A stretch of DNA of 64,000 nucleotides from Squalus acanthias (taxonomy: Eukaryota). How positions within the stretch are numbered: the stretch's first letter is position 1; each line of letters begins with the position of its first letter. The position numbers were made by a program, and so were the translations under genes. The stretch lies in NCBI GenBank assembly GCA_030390025.1, contig CM059443.1:19902001-19966000 (forward strand), read 5' to 3'. Of this stretch, positions 1 through 13,027 are shown piece by piece. The notes under the pieces are model-generated. The model was not told where the DNA came from. It saw only the letters and a list, made by a program, of their open reading frames with translations, and searched no databases.

Positions 1-207
1 TCAGCTTGTATAATGGAAACTGCATACGAAAACATTTATAGTGGAAACCCTATCTGTACATGTTAGCATTTATAATGGAAAATGTATGTAAACATTTATT
101 TTGCTGTCACAATTTGTTGATAAACCAATTGAATCAAAATGCTTTTTGGAAAAGTTTTGTCCTCCATTTTTTTCTTCAGTAACTGAAATTTTTACTGTGC
201 AAACTAA

Positions 208-1936
208 CATACGAATTAGGAGCAGGAGTCGGCCACTCGACCCCTCGAGCCTGCTCCGCCATTCAATAAGATTATGACTAATCTGATTACTTCACATTCT
301 CACCTACCCCCGATAACCTTTCACCCCCTTGCTTATCAAGAATCTACCTCTGCCTTAAAAATATTCAAAGACTCTGCTTCCACCGCCCTCTGAGGACGAG
401 AGTTCCAAAGACTCACGACCCTCTGTGAGAAAAAATTCTCCTCATCTCTGTCTTAAATGGGCGGCCCCTTATTTTTAAACAGTGACCCCTAGTTCTAGAT
501 TCTCCCACAAGAGGAAACATCCTCTCCACATCTACCCTGTCCAGACCCCTCAGGATCTTATATGTTTCAATCAAGTCACCTCTTACTCTTCTAAACTCCA
601 GCGGATAAAAGCCTAGCCTGTCCAACCTTTCCTCATAAGACAACCCGCCCATTCCAGGTATTAGTCTAGTAAACCTTCTCTGAACTGCTTCCAACGCATT
701 TACATCCTTCCTTAAATAAGGAGACCAATACTGTACACAGTACTCCAGATGTGGTCTCACCAATGCCCTGTATAACTGAAGCATAACCTCCTTACTTTTG
801 TATTCAATTCCCCTCGCAATAAACAATAACATTCTATTAGCTTTCCTAATTACTTGCTGTACCTGCATACTAACCTTTTGCGATACATGCACTAGGACAC
901 CCAGATCCCTCTGCATCTCAGAGCTCTGCAATCTCTCACCATTTAGATAATATGCTTTTTTATTCTTCCTGCCAAAATGGACAATTTCACAATTTCCCAC
1001 ATTATACTCCATTTGCCAGATCTTTGCCCACTCCTTTGTAGCCTCCTTATGTCCTCTTCACAATTTACTTTACTACCTATCTTTGTGTCATCAGCTAATG
1101 TAACAACCATACCTTCGGTCCCTTCATCCAAGTCATTTATATAAATTGTAAAAAGTTGAGGCCCCAGCACTGATCCCTGTGGCACACCACTCGTTACATC
1201 TTGCCAATCAGAAAATCACCCATTTATGCCTACCCTCTGTTTCCTGTTAGCTAGCCAATCTTCTATCCATTCCAATATGTTACCCCTTACACCATGAGCT
1301 TTTATTTTCCGCAATAACCTTTGATTTGGCACCTTATCAAATGCCTTCTGGAAATCTAAGTACAGTACATCCACCGGTTCCCCTTTATCCACAGCACATG
1401 TTACTTCCTCAAAGAACTCCAATAAATTGGTTAAACATGATTTCCCTTTCACAAAACCATGTTGACTCTGCCTGATTACCCTGAACTTTTCTGCGTGCCC
1501 TGCTATAACATCTTTAATAATAGCTTCGAACATCTTCCCTATGACAGATGTTAAGCTAACTGGCCTGTAGTTTCCTGCTTTCTGTCTCCCTCCCTTTTTG
1601 AATAAAGGAGTTACATTCGCTATTTTCCAATCTAATGGAACCTTCCCCGAATCTAGGGAATTTTGGAAAATTAAAACCAACGCATCAACTATTTCACTAG
1701 CCACTTCTTTTAAGACCTTAGGATGAAGTCCATCAGGACCCGGGGACTTGTCAGCCCGCAGCTCCAGCAATTTGCTCAGTACCACTTCCCTGGTGATTGT
1801 AATTTTCTTGAGTTCCTCCCTCCCTTGCATTTCCTGATTTACAGCTATTTCTGGGATGTTACTTGTATCCTCTACAGTGAAGACCGATGCAAAATACCTG
1901 TTCAATTCAACTGCCATCTCCTTATTTTCCATTATT
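208..1936 (-). mobile_element. 5'-truncated CR1 LINE (ORF2 RT region plus 3' UTR)
   Basis: ORFs 1216-1932, 943-1185 and 413-1012 carry CR1 RT motifs (KSPGPDG, NYRPVSLTS, QHGFVKGKSCLTNL, YLDFQKAFDKV, PQGSVLGP, ADDTK, LVRPHLEY). The CR1 3' UTR lies near 210-290. AAACTAA at 201-207 and 1937-1943 is a likely TSD. Confidence 0.97.
413..1932 (-). pseudogene. Frameshifted CR1 ORF2 reverse transcriptase remnant
   Basis: Three consecutive ORF pieces. There are frame breaks near 1216 and near 1030 (a deletion in the LQRDIDRL region), and the usual FADD reads LADD. Confidence 0.92.
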
Positions 1937-2437
1937 AAACTAAGGTTTTAAATACTTAAAAAAAAATCTAAACAATCATATATTTCATAATATTAAATTC
2001 AACCAGTCTTCTGTTTCTTTTAATAACGTTTTTATTGAAGGCCTCTGCCTCTCCCCGAAGTCTGGCTTGGACTTGATATGTTTGCCTAGAGCAGTGATTC
2101 TGTTAGCTATAGGAAAATCCTGCAGTTTGAAGTGTGCACATTTTCCCAGGATTCGTCCTTGGCACTTAGCTAGCCAAATGATCGCTCAGTCTCTACCACT
2201 ATCTAGTTGGTTGTTATTCAAAATTATTTGAAGAAAAGCTATAGGACACATTTCAGAAGGCTTATCCAGATAACATTTATATTGAGTGTTTTTCAAGAAA
2301 GGCTGTGTGTGTATCTGTGTATGTGGGAAAAATGAAAGACTGTAATGATTACACACCAGTTGTAGCTCTTGTTGTTTTTATAAATACTCTATAAAGTTCG
2401 GGAAGTGTATTAAACCCAGAGTGAGAAAGACAAAGTA

Positions 2438-2665
2438 TTTCCTCACATTGAGTTTGTTTATAAAAAAACGAGTTGAATTTTGAGAGCAAGCAAAGTCTTT
2501 AACTGATTATCACCAGTATTTTGTTGATCCTAATTACTAGTACATGTGACAGAACCATAGTGCGTCTTTCCTCATCCTAATTTGAGCTTTTTAAAAAAAA
2601 AAACGAATTAGTTGAATTTTGAAAGCAAAGAAAGCCTCCAATTATCACGTGTTTTGTTGATAGTT
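2438..2665. repeat. Degenerate local direct duplication (~130 bp period)
   Basis: tttcctca..gag..taaaaaaacg..agttgaattttga(g/a)agcaa..attatcac..ttttgttgat occurs at about 2438-2528 and again at about 2567-2661. Confidence 0.6.
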
Positions 2666-2705
2666 ATAAAATTTAGACATTCCAATTACTGACATTTGGA
2701 ATTAC

Positions 2706-2822
2706 AGAGTGAAAGAGAAGGAGAAAGATGGAGACAGACATGAGAAAAGTGAGAGAGAGAGAGAGAGGCACAGAGCGAGAAACATAGATAGAGGAGCAGA
2801 TAGACAGAGGCAGACAGATATA
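2706..2822. repeat. Purine-rich (GA)n/(GACA)n low-complexity microsatellite
   Basis: Seen directly: gagagagagagagagagg, cagatagacagaggcagacagata. Confidence 0.85.
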
Positions 2823-4208
2823 GTGATACATTTCTAGGAATCACTTACAAAACACAATATTTAATGTTATAAAATTCCAAATTAGTGCTACCAGACCTAG
2901 TGCCCCGCCTCCCCTCCCAATGCTGTTGGGCTTATTGCCTCACTGCTGATAGACATCAGGAATCCACCAGTTAGACAATCCCTATATTTTACTCCCCAAT
3001 TCTACCAAGCCCAGGTGCCCCTGTACAGTGATGGCAGACCAAAGGATCACCTACTTGCTGCCAAAGCCCAACAGCCACACCCATTTCTGCCAAACTCCAA
3101 AACCTCCACCCCATTCCTGCCTGACCATAAGCCAAAATTTCCAAATGGTCTTGTGGGTTCAGAGCTTCTGCAACCCCTCAAGGCCATTGACATTAGGAGG
3201 GCAGGGTAAGAGGGCCCTTAATTTGGAAGTTCCCACACCTTGACCCTCAGGTGGGACCCAGTGTGGCATCAGTGGAGGCACATCTGGCCTCACCAGGTGT
3301 ACCTTGCTGATAACCAGTGTAAGAGTGACCCTCCTAGGCGGGATTGGGCCCTGGGCCCCTGAAGATGAGGATCAGCCAATTTTTAAAAAAATATTTCGGA
3401 GTGACTCTAGGGTACAGGAAGCAGCTTGATTACCTTTCCAGGAGGGTGGGACTGGGAGACCTGGCTTTCCCCACTCAGTTGCCAAGCTTCCGTCAGTGTT
3501 TCTGGTGTCTTCGGGAGGGGTGGGGAGTGCTGCCACATATGCGTCCCCAAATTGGCAAACGCCTGCTAATATATACGACTTCCCCCTCACCCTGCAAACA
3601 GCCACTGTTCCCTACATGGCATTAATACCCCTGTTGTTATGAAACAGCATATCCTGTGACTAAGCATGAGCAATGCCACGTAAGATTTACTAGCTGACAG
3701 ACTATCAGCTGCGGAAGTCCAATCCAAATATTCAGTAGAGACGGGCTAATCAGGTCTTGCTTACTTTTTTTTCTATTTAAAAAGAGATTTTATTTGGTTC
3801 GGTTTCAATAGAATTATGTGTTTTAATCAAAAGTATGATTTAAATACTAATTTGCGCAGTTTCTCAGAATTGTTTTACATAATAGCTGACTGTACTTGTT
3901 TAATGTTTGGGTGGCATGACTTGCTGATCCTGCCAGGCTCCAGTGAGAGTACAGAGGGTGATTGTATACATTGAGTGACAGAAAGTTTACATCAAGTATT
4001 TCCTGTCGGGTGGAAAAAGTAAACATTCTGAGAATCATGTTAGAGAGGAAATTATCCAAGCTCTCAAACATAGGCCTCTGCAGCCTTCCAACCAACACTA
4101 GAAGACTCTTTTAACCCTTAAAACACCACAGCAAGTGTAAAGTCTTGGGTACAGAGAGATATGCAATCTGGAACCGCACTTAAGTAATTTGAAGAGACAA
4201 CACTCTTT

Positions 4209-4450
4209 GAGGACTGAATGGCACAGTGGATCAAAAGATTAGCCTTTCACCTGTGGGATCTGGGTTCAAATTTAATTGATACTGATGGGTAATGGGCGCA
4301 AGTTCTCAGCACAAAATCTGCCTAAAATGTGCACTGCCTAGTAATCCCACTGAGGCCACGAAGATGTCAGATGTGGGAAATGGAAACGTTCACAGTGATG
4401 CTGTAGGATGTACCAGTCTGCGATTAACATCGCTCAACCTGCCAAGCTCA
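4209..4450 (+). mobile_element. tRNA-derived SINE, LF-SINE-like (internally deleted, decayed)
   Basis: Head ggactgaatggcacagtgga..agcctttcacctgtgggatctgggttcaaat contains A-box-like and B-box-like motifs. It shares blocks (cacaaaa, gtgggaaatgg) with the copy at 60050-60415. Confidence 0.7.
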
Positions 4451-6579
4451 AGGAAGAAGCAAGTAGTGGTGGTGGAGTTCCAGTATAAGGTATTCAAAGA
4501 CTCTCCCATCTAAATAATTTTTAACGGAAAAAAAAACTTAACGTGACAAGTCTCCACATATCTCAAGATTAGAAAGGAGAGCTGTTCATTTTTTAGTTCC
4601 TGGAATGGAGACACACAGTTGGTATTGAAAACCCAAACCCTGCCGTTCTTTGCTGCAGGGGAGCGGGTGAGGGACCTCCTGTTTTAAATTTTATTTCAAT
4701 TTTCCCATCTCATAAAATCACAAGATAGATATGGATGGGACAGGTGTATAGGCCTGTGTAGTTCATGCATACAAAACGGATCTACGACCCCTGTAATCTC
4801 GGCAGGGAAATTCCTCGGAGCTGCTCCCACGCATCAGCGTTACTTTGCTGGAAGTGCAGCAGAAATCCTGTTTACTCGCACACAAACAGGGTTTCCGCCT
4901 CACTTCTGGCCAAGTAACACCGGCAGAGCAGCCGCATCTCTGAGCAATTTCCCAGCCCTAGTTTTTTTGTTTTGGTCAGCTGTGTGTTTGGCGCACACTC
5001 AAACCCATCACCATACTTAAGCATTAAGCTACTGAGAAATCTGCGGCTGAAATGTTTCTGTTTGCCCAGTACAAAACCCACTCCACTTACCTAAGTCCAA
5101 AGACCTCAGTCGCAGGTTGGCAGATCCATGTATAGGAACCGCCAAGTGTGCGCAGAGGTACTGCTGGAGTTTGACCACTAAAACCGTGTAGTTTACCAGA
5201 ATAGAAAACTGGTAAGTTTCCAATACTTGTCCAGTTAGGACCACCATACCCATTAGAGAACAAGCTTTTGCAGGGGTATCTGGAGCTGAATCAGAAAAAT
5301 CACAGCCTCTGGTATGAGTTTAGCCCTCCAAGTTCCATTAATGAGCCAGACCAGATGGTCATCCATCAACTGGATTACTTTGGAACTACCTGATTCTGGA
5401 ATCAGATTACTGAGTCTACAGTCCACAGCAGAAGGTATTGTGCGAAAAAGAAGGGTACATTACTTTCAGAAATACTTGTTTTTACAAAGGGGACTGTAGA
5501 AAAATTCAAGTAACTGTAAATTAGGCCAATTAATGCATAGCAGATAGAGGAGTTAGTAAAAGAATGTGTTATGCAGAAACTAGAAGGATTAAATAGCCAC
5601 AGAGGGGCTAGGCCAGGTGGGGTACTTCAAGGAATTAGAGCAGAAAATTTGTGACATTTTGATACTTTTCAGAGCTCCATAAATACTGGAGAAGCATCTG
5701 AGAACTGAATGATAACAAATGTAATTCCAATTACAAATCAATTACTCTGAAATCCATAGTGGGGAAAATGCTTGTCCAGTTAAGGAACACGGGTACCATA
5801 GGGAGTAATCAATATGTTTTTAGAAGTAATAGGTTGTGCCTCACAAACCTGTAATCTGGTGGGGAAGTACCTGTCTTGCTCAGGGCTTGTGCACAAGTCA
5901 TGAGCAAACCTCATGAAGGCCTCGGGTCTCGTGCAGAAATATTTAAAAGAGCACATAACACCACAATATAATATTTGCACTGGCTTTGCTTTTTTTCCTT
6001 TAGCACCCATTTGGAGTGCAAGCAAAGGAAAGTTAGTGGGAGCAGGAGTCCTTACAGTGGCAAAAGCTTTATTATTTTTAGTGCAATGTTGCTTTTTTTG
6101 TGAATATTTTTGACATTTCAATATGTATTTTAGACAGAATCTGGGTGGTGTGGTGGGGGGTGGGGGGGGGGGGGGGGCGGGGAATTGTGTTTGCTTTTAA
6201 AGTGTGTCAAATACATTATTTTGTGGGTTAGGTGATACAGTATGAAGGAGAGACGCCAGAGGTCAACATGCGCAGACCGTGGCATACTTACCTCAGTCAA
6301 TGACTGAGGACGGCGACCGTGACTTCCTGTGGGTCAGCAGGATGCCAGTTAGCAGCAACGCACCTGCAGGTAATCACAGAGACAGCTTCCTGTACAGCTG
6401 GGACCACACTATTGGCACTAGTGTCTCTAGTAGTATCACTAAATCTGCTGATGGCACAAAGCTCTGTGGGCAGGTAATAAATAGACAGGAGATTGACTAT
6501 CTTCAGAGAGAATTGAACCAATTATGTAGATGAGATGAGATATGGAAGGTGGATTTTAATGTGGATAGATGTCCGAGTT

Positions 6580-6780
6580 TTATTATTGTTCGCAGGATGT
6601 GAACGATGCTGGCAAAGCCGCATTTGATTGCTAATTTCTAATTGCTCTTACTCTTGTTCTTGAACCGCTGTGGTCTTGGTGGTGATGGTGCTTCCATAAA
6701 GGTGTTAGGAAGGGACTTTCAGGACATGGACCCAATGACAATGAATGAATGAATGAATGAATCATGATATATAGGGGACA
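6580..6780 (-). mobile_element. 3' end of a CR1-group (Zenon-like) LINE, decayed
   Basis: The reverse complement matches the tail type cagcggttcaag..caattag..gccagc..cacatcc also seen at 30040-30373 and 30965-31070. Confidence 0.65.
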
Positions 6781-7369
6781 TCTGAAGGGCCAAGTTAAAC
6801 TGGCATTGTACAGTTCAATCGTGAGGCCAATTCTGGAATATGGTATGCAATTTTTAGCACTCTATCTCATATGACTGCATTAGAAAGGGCTCAGAGAACA
6901 ATGACTAGGATGATTCCAAGCCTTACTGGGCTAAGTTTTAAAGAAAGACTCTAGCAATTAAACTTATTTTTTATTGGAGAAAAGACTGAGGGGAGACATG
7001 ATGCAGGTTCTCAAAATAACTACAGCTATAGATGAGCTTGAAGTAAACAAACTGTTTACCTTAAACAATGAGCCAAGGACTAGAAGACAAAAGTACAAAT
7101 TTCACAGGCATTGATCAAAGTTAGAGATTAGGAATAACTCTTTTCCTCACCCGCCCCCCGCCCCCACCACCCCAACACCCTCCCAGTCCACGGGATAGTG
7201 AATGTGTGTAACAGACTTTTCGGGAAGGTATTTGATTTGGGGCCAAATGGCACTTTTAAAATGGAGCCAGATTGATATATTTTTGGGAATGGAATTTTAG
7301 GATTTTAGAAATAGTAACACGACTAATTTTTTTTTTTAGGAGAGTTAGGGGAAGAATTTTAAACGTCCT

Positions 7370-7479
7370 AAAAGAAAGAAAGACTTACATTTTTATAGCG
7401 CCTTTCACGACCACTGGACGTCCCAAAGCGCTTTACAGCCAATGAAGTACTTTTTTAAGTGTAGTCACTGTTGTAATGT
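7370..7479 (-). mobile_element. DeuSINE (SacSINE1-like) 3' tail
   Basis: (AAAG)n followed by acttacatttttatagcgcctttcacgaccactggacgtcccaaagcgctttacagccaatgaagtactttt. Imperfect TSD aacgtcct/aatgtcct. Confidence 0.85.
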
Positions 7480-8410
7480 CCTGAATGCAGGGGATCAATG
7501 GGTGGTGTCAGCGGGAAATGATGGGCCGAATGGCCTTCTCTTACTTTGGATGTTTTTCTGGATTTTCTTCTGTTCTTAAATGATACTTTATCTCGTACTG
7601 CTATTTATTTTTTGGGTCCCAGCGCTTGATGGCCAAAGAAATCATGATTGTATTACCATATATGCAAATAATACAAATGGAAATATGACGTCCTTAATAT
7701 GCAGTATTTGCAAAGAATCCAAAAATATCAAAATATTTCAGGAAACCTTTCAGCTTTTGCTATTGTAAAGATGGAAACCCCAAATCATTTTACTTTTTAG
7801 AGGCATTGTTTGGTGATGCCATGTTTACAAAACCCGCTTGTGGTCAAGGTAGTTTTTTAATAAAGGAAAGGGTTATGGTTTACATTTTTAATCACTTTAT
7901 TAATGGACTTGGGACTCTAAAATGGAATACTACATCATGTCAGTCTTATTGTTCACTGGAGCATTGCTTCAGGGAGCTGCCCAATGTCCCCAAAAGTGCC
8001 ATCTGCATCCCTTTCTCAGATCCCCATTTTTCATCATGATTGATGATCAGTGGAATTGCTTTGCAACAATCTCAGGAAGCCCTGGGCAGACTGGAAAGCA
8101 TAATAAATGCCGGATGAAGAAACTGTAGGATTGATTTAAGGCCCTATATTGCCTGGTACCCCATTAACTTTCATTACATCCCTTGCATCTCTCCTCTTAC
8201 AGTAGATGATTCTTGAGATACCACTCAACTGTAAGATAAACTTTCAAATTCAGGCAGCCTAGTGGATGAAGAAGTGCTGATTGTAAGTCAACATATCTCG
8301 GCATCATTAATCAAAATGATTTCTGGTTTGTAGCACACTTAAACAACAGACTTGAAGCATGTTTCTTTGCTAAGTTTTATAACAGTCACAGCCACATAGA
8401 GAGAAGAGTT

Positions 8411-8518
8411 GAGCTCAGATTTCCCGATTAGTGTTAGTGTAACACTGGTGTTAACCCATTTATGTTAAATAGGTTAACAGAAGCGGTAAAAATAATACTG
8501 ATCAGAAAATCTTGGCTT
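8411..8518. mobile_element. Short palindromic MITE-like element
   Basis: gctcagatttcccgattagtgtta pairs with taatactgatcagaaaatcttggc; inner arms gttaaccca/taggttaac. Confidence 0.65.
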
Positions 8519-9550
8519 TGGTGTCCATAGACAAGCAGCCTCCTTGATCCCGGTTGAGGTCTCCTCTCTCCCTCCCTCACTTTCTTTCTAAAAGGTTTTC
8601 ATCCTGTTTTAGTCATTCAACGAGTGCCTGTTAGTTTGACTGGGCTATGTAACATTTCTGGTTCAACGTAACAGAGCTCAGTTCTCCTTTACTGTTGAGT
8701 GATAACTGTCATGGGCCACATACCAGTTCCACTTCAAACATTCATTTGTTATATATTTGGCATTGAAATCAGTGAAATCCATAAGTGGTATTTTCACTCA
8801 AGTGAATACATTACTCCATTGTGGAATCATGATGCTCCTTGCCAGCCTTACAATGGGCATTTTTCCAAACCTTGCTTTGTAATGAAGATTATTAGAGAGT
8901 TAGTGGAATGTAAATTGTGACAAATAAATACAAAAAATGCAGAGGGGTTGTCAGTTATTATTTCATATATATGAAAAATAACTGAATAGTACATTCACAT
9001 CTAGATGTTTGGGATCTACACAAAGGGGGTTATGTTACTTTTTCCAACCATGTGTTGCAGTGCGCAGCACCAGTTCAGTTGTTTTAGTCTTTGCACAGTC
9101 CCTTATTTGTCTTTTTTCTTCGTTACCCTGCATAACCCTACCATGGGACTACTTCAACCTGAAAATGAGAAATTCCCTGGAACATAAAAACACCAGTATG
9201 TAAACACCGTACCAAAGTATATGGGGCAATGTACGGCCAGTGTGGGAATATTTGCATTCTTTGCATTCAGTATTAACAGTGTGTGACAGATTTTATCTAT
9301 AAACTATAAACAATAATGAATCTGTTTTGGCAACTGAAACACAAGCATCTGTTCAGGAACAGATGGTTGTAAAAGGTGCACTGTTGCTATGAACAGCATC
9401 TGAGGTATATAACATAATTACTGCTAAATTTCAGGCACTTATTGGAGCAGCAGATTGCACCTTCAGTGAAATAATTCACAAAATTACAGAAAATCAGAGC
9501 CTGGTTTGATGGCAATGTGTGATGTACAGAAGATATTTTAGACCAGAGAT

Positions 9551-10108
9551 ACAACAACAACAACAACTTGTATTTATATAGCACCTTTAACGTAGTAAAA
9601 CGTCCCAAGGTGCTTCACAGGAGCGACTATCGAACAAAATTTGACACAGAGCCACATAAGGAGAAATTAGGCAGATGCTTGGTCAAAGAGGTCGGTTTAA
9701 AGGAGGAAAGAGAGGTAGTCACGTGGAGAGGTTTAGGGAGGGAATTCCAGAGCTTAGGGCTTAAGCACGGCCACCAATAGTTGAGCGATTATAATCAGGG
9801 ATGCTCAAGAGACCAGAATGAGAGGAGCGCAGATATCTCGGGGGTTTGTGGGGCTGGAGGAGATTACAGAGACAGAGATGGGGTGAGGTCATGGAGGGAT
9901 TTGAAAACAAGAATGATAATTTTAAAATCGAGGCGTTGCTCAACTGGGAGCCAATGTAGTTCAACGAGCACAGGGGTGATGGGTGAATGGGACTTGGTGC
10001 AAGTTAGGACATGGGCATCTGAGTTTTGAATGAGCTCAAGTTTACGTAGGGTAGAACGTGAGAGGCCAGCCAGGAGTTGGAATAGTCAAGTCTAGAGGTA
10101 ACAAAGGC
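9551..10108 (-). mobile_element. 5'-truncated L2 LINE 3' end
   Basis: (ACA)n tail and close similarity to the 3' part of the 40098-41860 L2. Translation includes NLLQPHKPPRYLRSS..PDYNRSTIGGRA. Confidence 0.93.
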
Positions 10109-10289
10109 TATTTAACTCCAGAGGGACAATTTTAACCAGAAACTCAATGGGGTTCAGGTATCTGTTGTTGTCAAAAGTCCCAGGGTGAGAATTATTAACG
10201 GAATAGCCCCAATTTTTTTTAACTTGGGGCAGGAGTTGGAACTTTACTCTCTTCAGAATTGCAGGATGGGGCATTTGACATTTTCAGGA

Positions 10290-10610
10290 ATGTGGAGAAA
10301 TTTTTCCAGGAATGTTCTCCTGTCAGATGCAAGACTTGAGAACTAGGGAACAGCTTAACAATAAGGGTGTCAAAAAAAAAAGAAATTTAGGCAACATTTT
10401 TTTGGGTAAGAAGATGATAGAACTGTGAAACAAATTACCAGTGGTGATGGTAGAACAGAAACCCATGGCAGGTTATGAAAAGGACTGGAGGAAATGTTAT
10501 TAATAGGAATCAGGGTTTTTATTTCCAGAATTACAGTAAGGAGCCTGAAGGGAAGTTTGGAAGGGTAGTTTAGATAGACCAATGGCCTTCTCCTTCTCAA
10601 AATGTTAATA
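10290..10610 (+). mobile_element. Old CR1 3' fragment
   Basis: Decayed RTREQ-LTIR, FRQHFF..VIEL*N-LP, and a 3' UTR gaccaatggccttctcct. Confidence 0.6.
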
Positions 10611-11544
10611 TGTATGTGGAGCTGTACAAAACAATAGCAAGATTTATAAGCATACAAAAATCATAGACAGATTAAAACCCACTGATCTATTTAGCCTGCC
10701 CCATATAATTGTGATGCTTGTACTGACACTCCCTACCCATCCGGAGCCATATAATCTCCTGGGAGAGTCGAAAACAGATTTAAAAACCCAGGCCAATTGG
10801 GGGAGAAAATATCTGGAAAATACCCCTCCTTCAGGCAAGCGATTTCTTGTAACAACTACAGCTAATACCCAAATTGTTTGAAGTTGAAGCCTAATGTGTA
10901 AAAGAGAAAGTAGTGAAGCATCTTTGAAACCTACAGAGGGTAGCAGTTTTTTTTAAAAATCATATGGATTTTGCAAACATAATTCAAACATACAGGATAT
11001 CCATTAGTTCCTTGCCAAAGTATATGAACTTCCAACTCCTACTCACCCTTTTCCAGCAGGCTCCATTGTACTCAGTTTTTCCATTTGCATTTAAAACACC
11101 AAGTTCCTCTGACTTATGAACATCGGGTGATTTCTTCTCATTACTAGCTGGAAATTGATCCAGATTTTAAGTGAGAAACCAGCTTCGTTCTTCAATAGGA
11201 TTTGTAGAAGAACATAAGTTTAATCAGGGCTTGAAATATAACACTGGTTTCTGATGGGCTCAGTAAATTACATTAACATGGATAAAATAAGCATTTTCAA
11301 ATGTTGCACATTTGCCATGCTGAGGCATGTTTTAAAAAAAGTCTTGCACCCAACGTTGGCTCGAAAAGCAAGAAATGGCTAGGACATTACAAGTTCTGTT
11401 CAAGCCAATTGCTTCCTCACTAAGGACGGAAATAAATCTCTTACACACCTCCTTGGGTCAGTTACAGAACACCATTGGCAGGCGCCTAAGAGCAGGCTGA
11501 TGGGTTATTCTGCATGGCACAGTGTGACTGAAAAAGGGGCGAAT

Positions 11545-11902
11545 ATAAGAACATAAGAAATAGGAGCAGAAGTAGGCCATGTGACCACTCGAGCCTTCTC
11601 TACCATTCAATAAGATCATGGCTGATCTTCTGCCTGAACTCCACTTTCCCGCCCTATCCCCATATCTCTTGATTCCCTTAGTGTCCAAAAATCTATCGCT
11701 CTGTCTTGAATACACTCAACAACTGAGTATCCACAGCCCTCTGGGGTAAAGAATTCCAAAGATTCACAACCCTCTGAGTGAAGAACTTTCCCCTCATCTC
11801 AGTCCTAAGTGGGCGACCCCTTATCCTGAGACTATGACCTCTAGTTCTAGACTCTCCAGCCAAGGGAAACAGCCTCTCAGCATCTACCCTGTCAGGTCCT
11901 CT
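11545..11902 (-). mobile_element. CR1 LINE 3' fragment
   Basis: ataagaacataagaaataggagcag tail, 3' UTR, and ORF2 C-terminal motifs (ESRTRGHSLRIRGRP, RVVNLWNSLPQ). Confidence 0.95.
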
Positions 11903-12339
11903 TTAAAAAAAAAATTGATTTCATATTAAGCCAATTCTAAGAGCCTCATTATACTGAGCTTGTTAGTGTGGTACGAGCTCAGTTTGTGTTATTATGGCCA
12001 TTCGCACCACTATGGCCGTTGGAACTGAAGCCCATTAGGGCTGCTACATGTGTACAATCCAATGCATGGTGCATAGCTTGTGATTTACATTGCTTTCTGT
12101 ACTCTTGCTGCACCTTCTGATTGAACAGAATTCACAGGACACTCAGCTTTCTCTGAAGAAAACAGAATGACAGTACAAAAGCCAGCTGTAGTTCGAAAGA
12201 TTTTGTATTACCTGTAGTTCAGCTGTTACTGCACTGAAAAAGTCTGCAAGAATAGTTTCAAGAGGTTGGGAGGACACTAGGAGTATTATATGATTTGAAT
12301 TGTAGTGCAGATCTGATCCCAATCATGTAGGACAAAAAC

Positions 12340-12785
12340 ATCAATTTCCATTTATAAAACACTTTAATACAGAAAAAAAATCTCAAGGTGCTTTATAGAG
12401 GCACAAATAGAAAATAACTGGATCTTGAGCCAAAGAAGAAGATATCAGGAGGGGTGACCAAAAGCTTTGTCAAAGAGGTCGGTTGTAAGGATGGTCTTAA
12501 ATGAGATGGCGGGGCGGGGGGGGTAGAAAGGCAGAGGGGTTTAGGGAGGGAATTCCAGAGTGTGGGGCCGAGGCGGGTGAAGTATAGCTGCCAATGGTGG
12601 GGTGAAGGGAGGGGGGGGAGTGACCAGAGTTGGAAGAATGGAGAATTTGGTGGAGAGGAATTTGTAGGGCTGGAGAAGTTTAGAGATAGGAAGGGGCAAA
12701 TCTATGAAGGGAATTAAACATAAGGATGAGAATTTTTAATTTGAAGTATTGGGGAACAGGAGCCAATGTAGAGTTTGGATAAGCT
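12340..12785 (-). mobile_element. Decayed L2 LINE 3' fragment
   Basis: gaccaaaagctttgtcaaagaggtcggt..ttagggagggaattccagag..ggagccaatgta aligns by eye to the 9551 and 40098 L2 copies. Confidence 0.8.
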
Positions 12786-13027
12786 AACGTTGGCAGACAT
12801 GCATTGGCTGGTGTAAACCCCTGAATCGAATCTCCTCCTCCTGTCCAACACTATTTCTTCTGACATTTAACTCTCTAATAATGTGTCAAGCAATATACAG
12901 TTGTGGAATAAAGTTATAAAGTATAAAATCTGTAGTACCATACTGTCATTGGCACATTTTGCAGGAGACACATTAGGAGTATTGGGCTGCAGAACACAGA
13001 TTTAAAAAATGACCAATGTTAATAATA

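Larger units (their letters stand above)
5540..7575 (+). mobile_element. Old, fragmented CR1 LINE interrupted by younger insertions
   Basis: Collinear decayed motifs: FQSSINTGE..NVIP (~5660-5730), TKSADGTKLCG..LQRELNQL..DFNVDRC (6430-6575), IVRPILEY..RLRGDM (6810-7000), and a 3' UTR gggccgaatggccttct (~7523). Confidence 0.75.
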
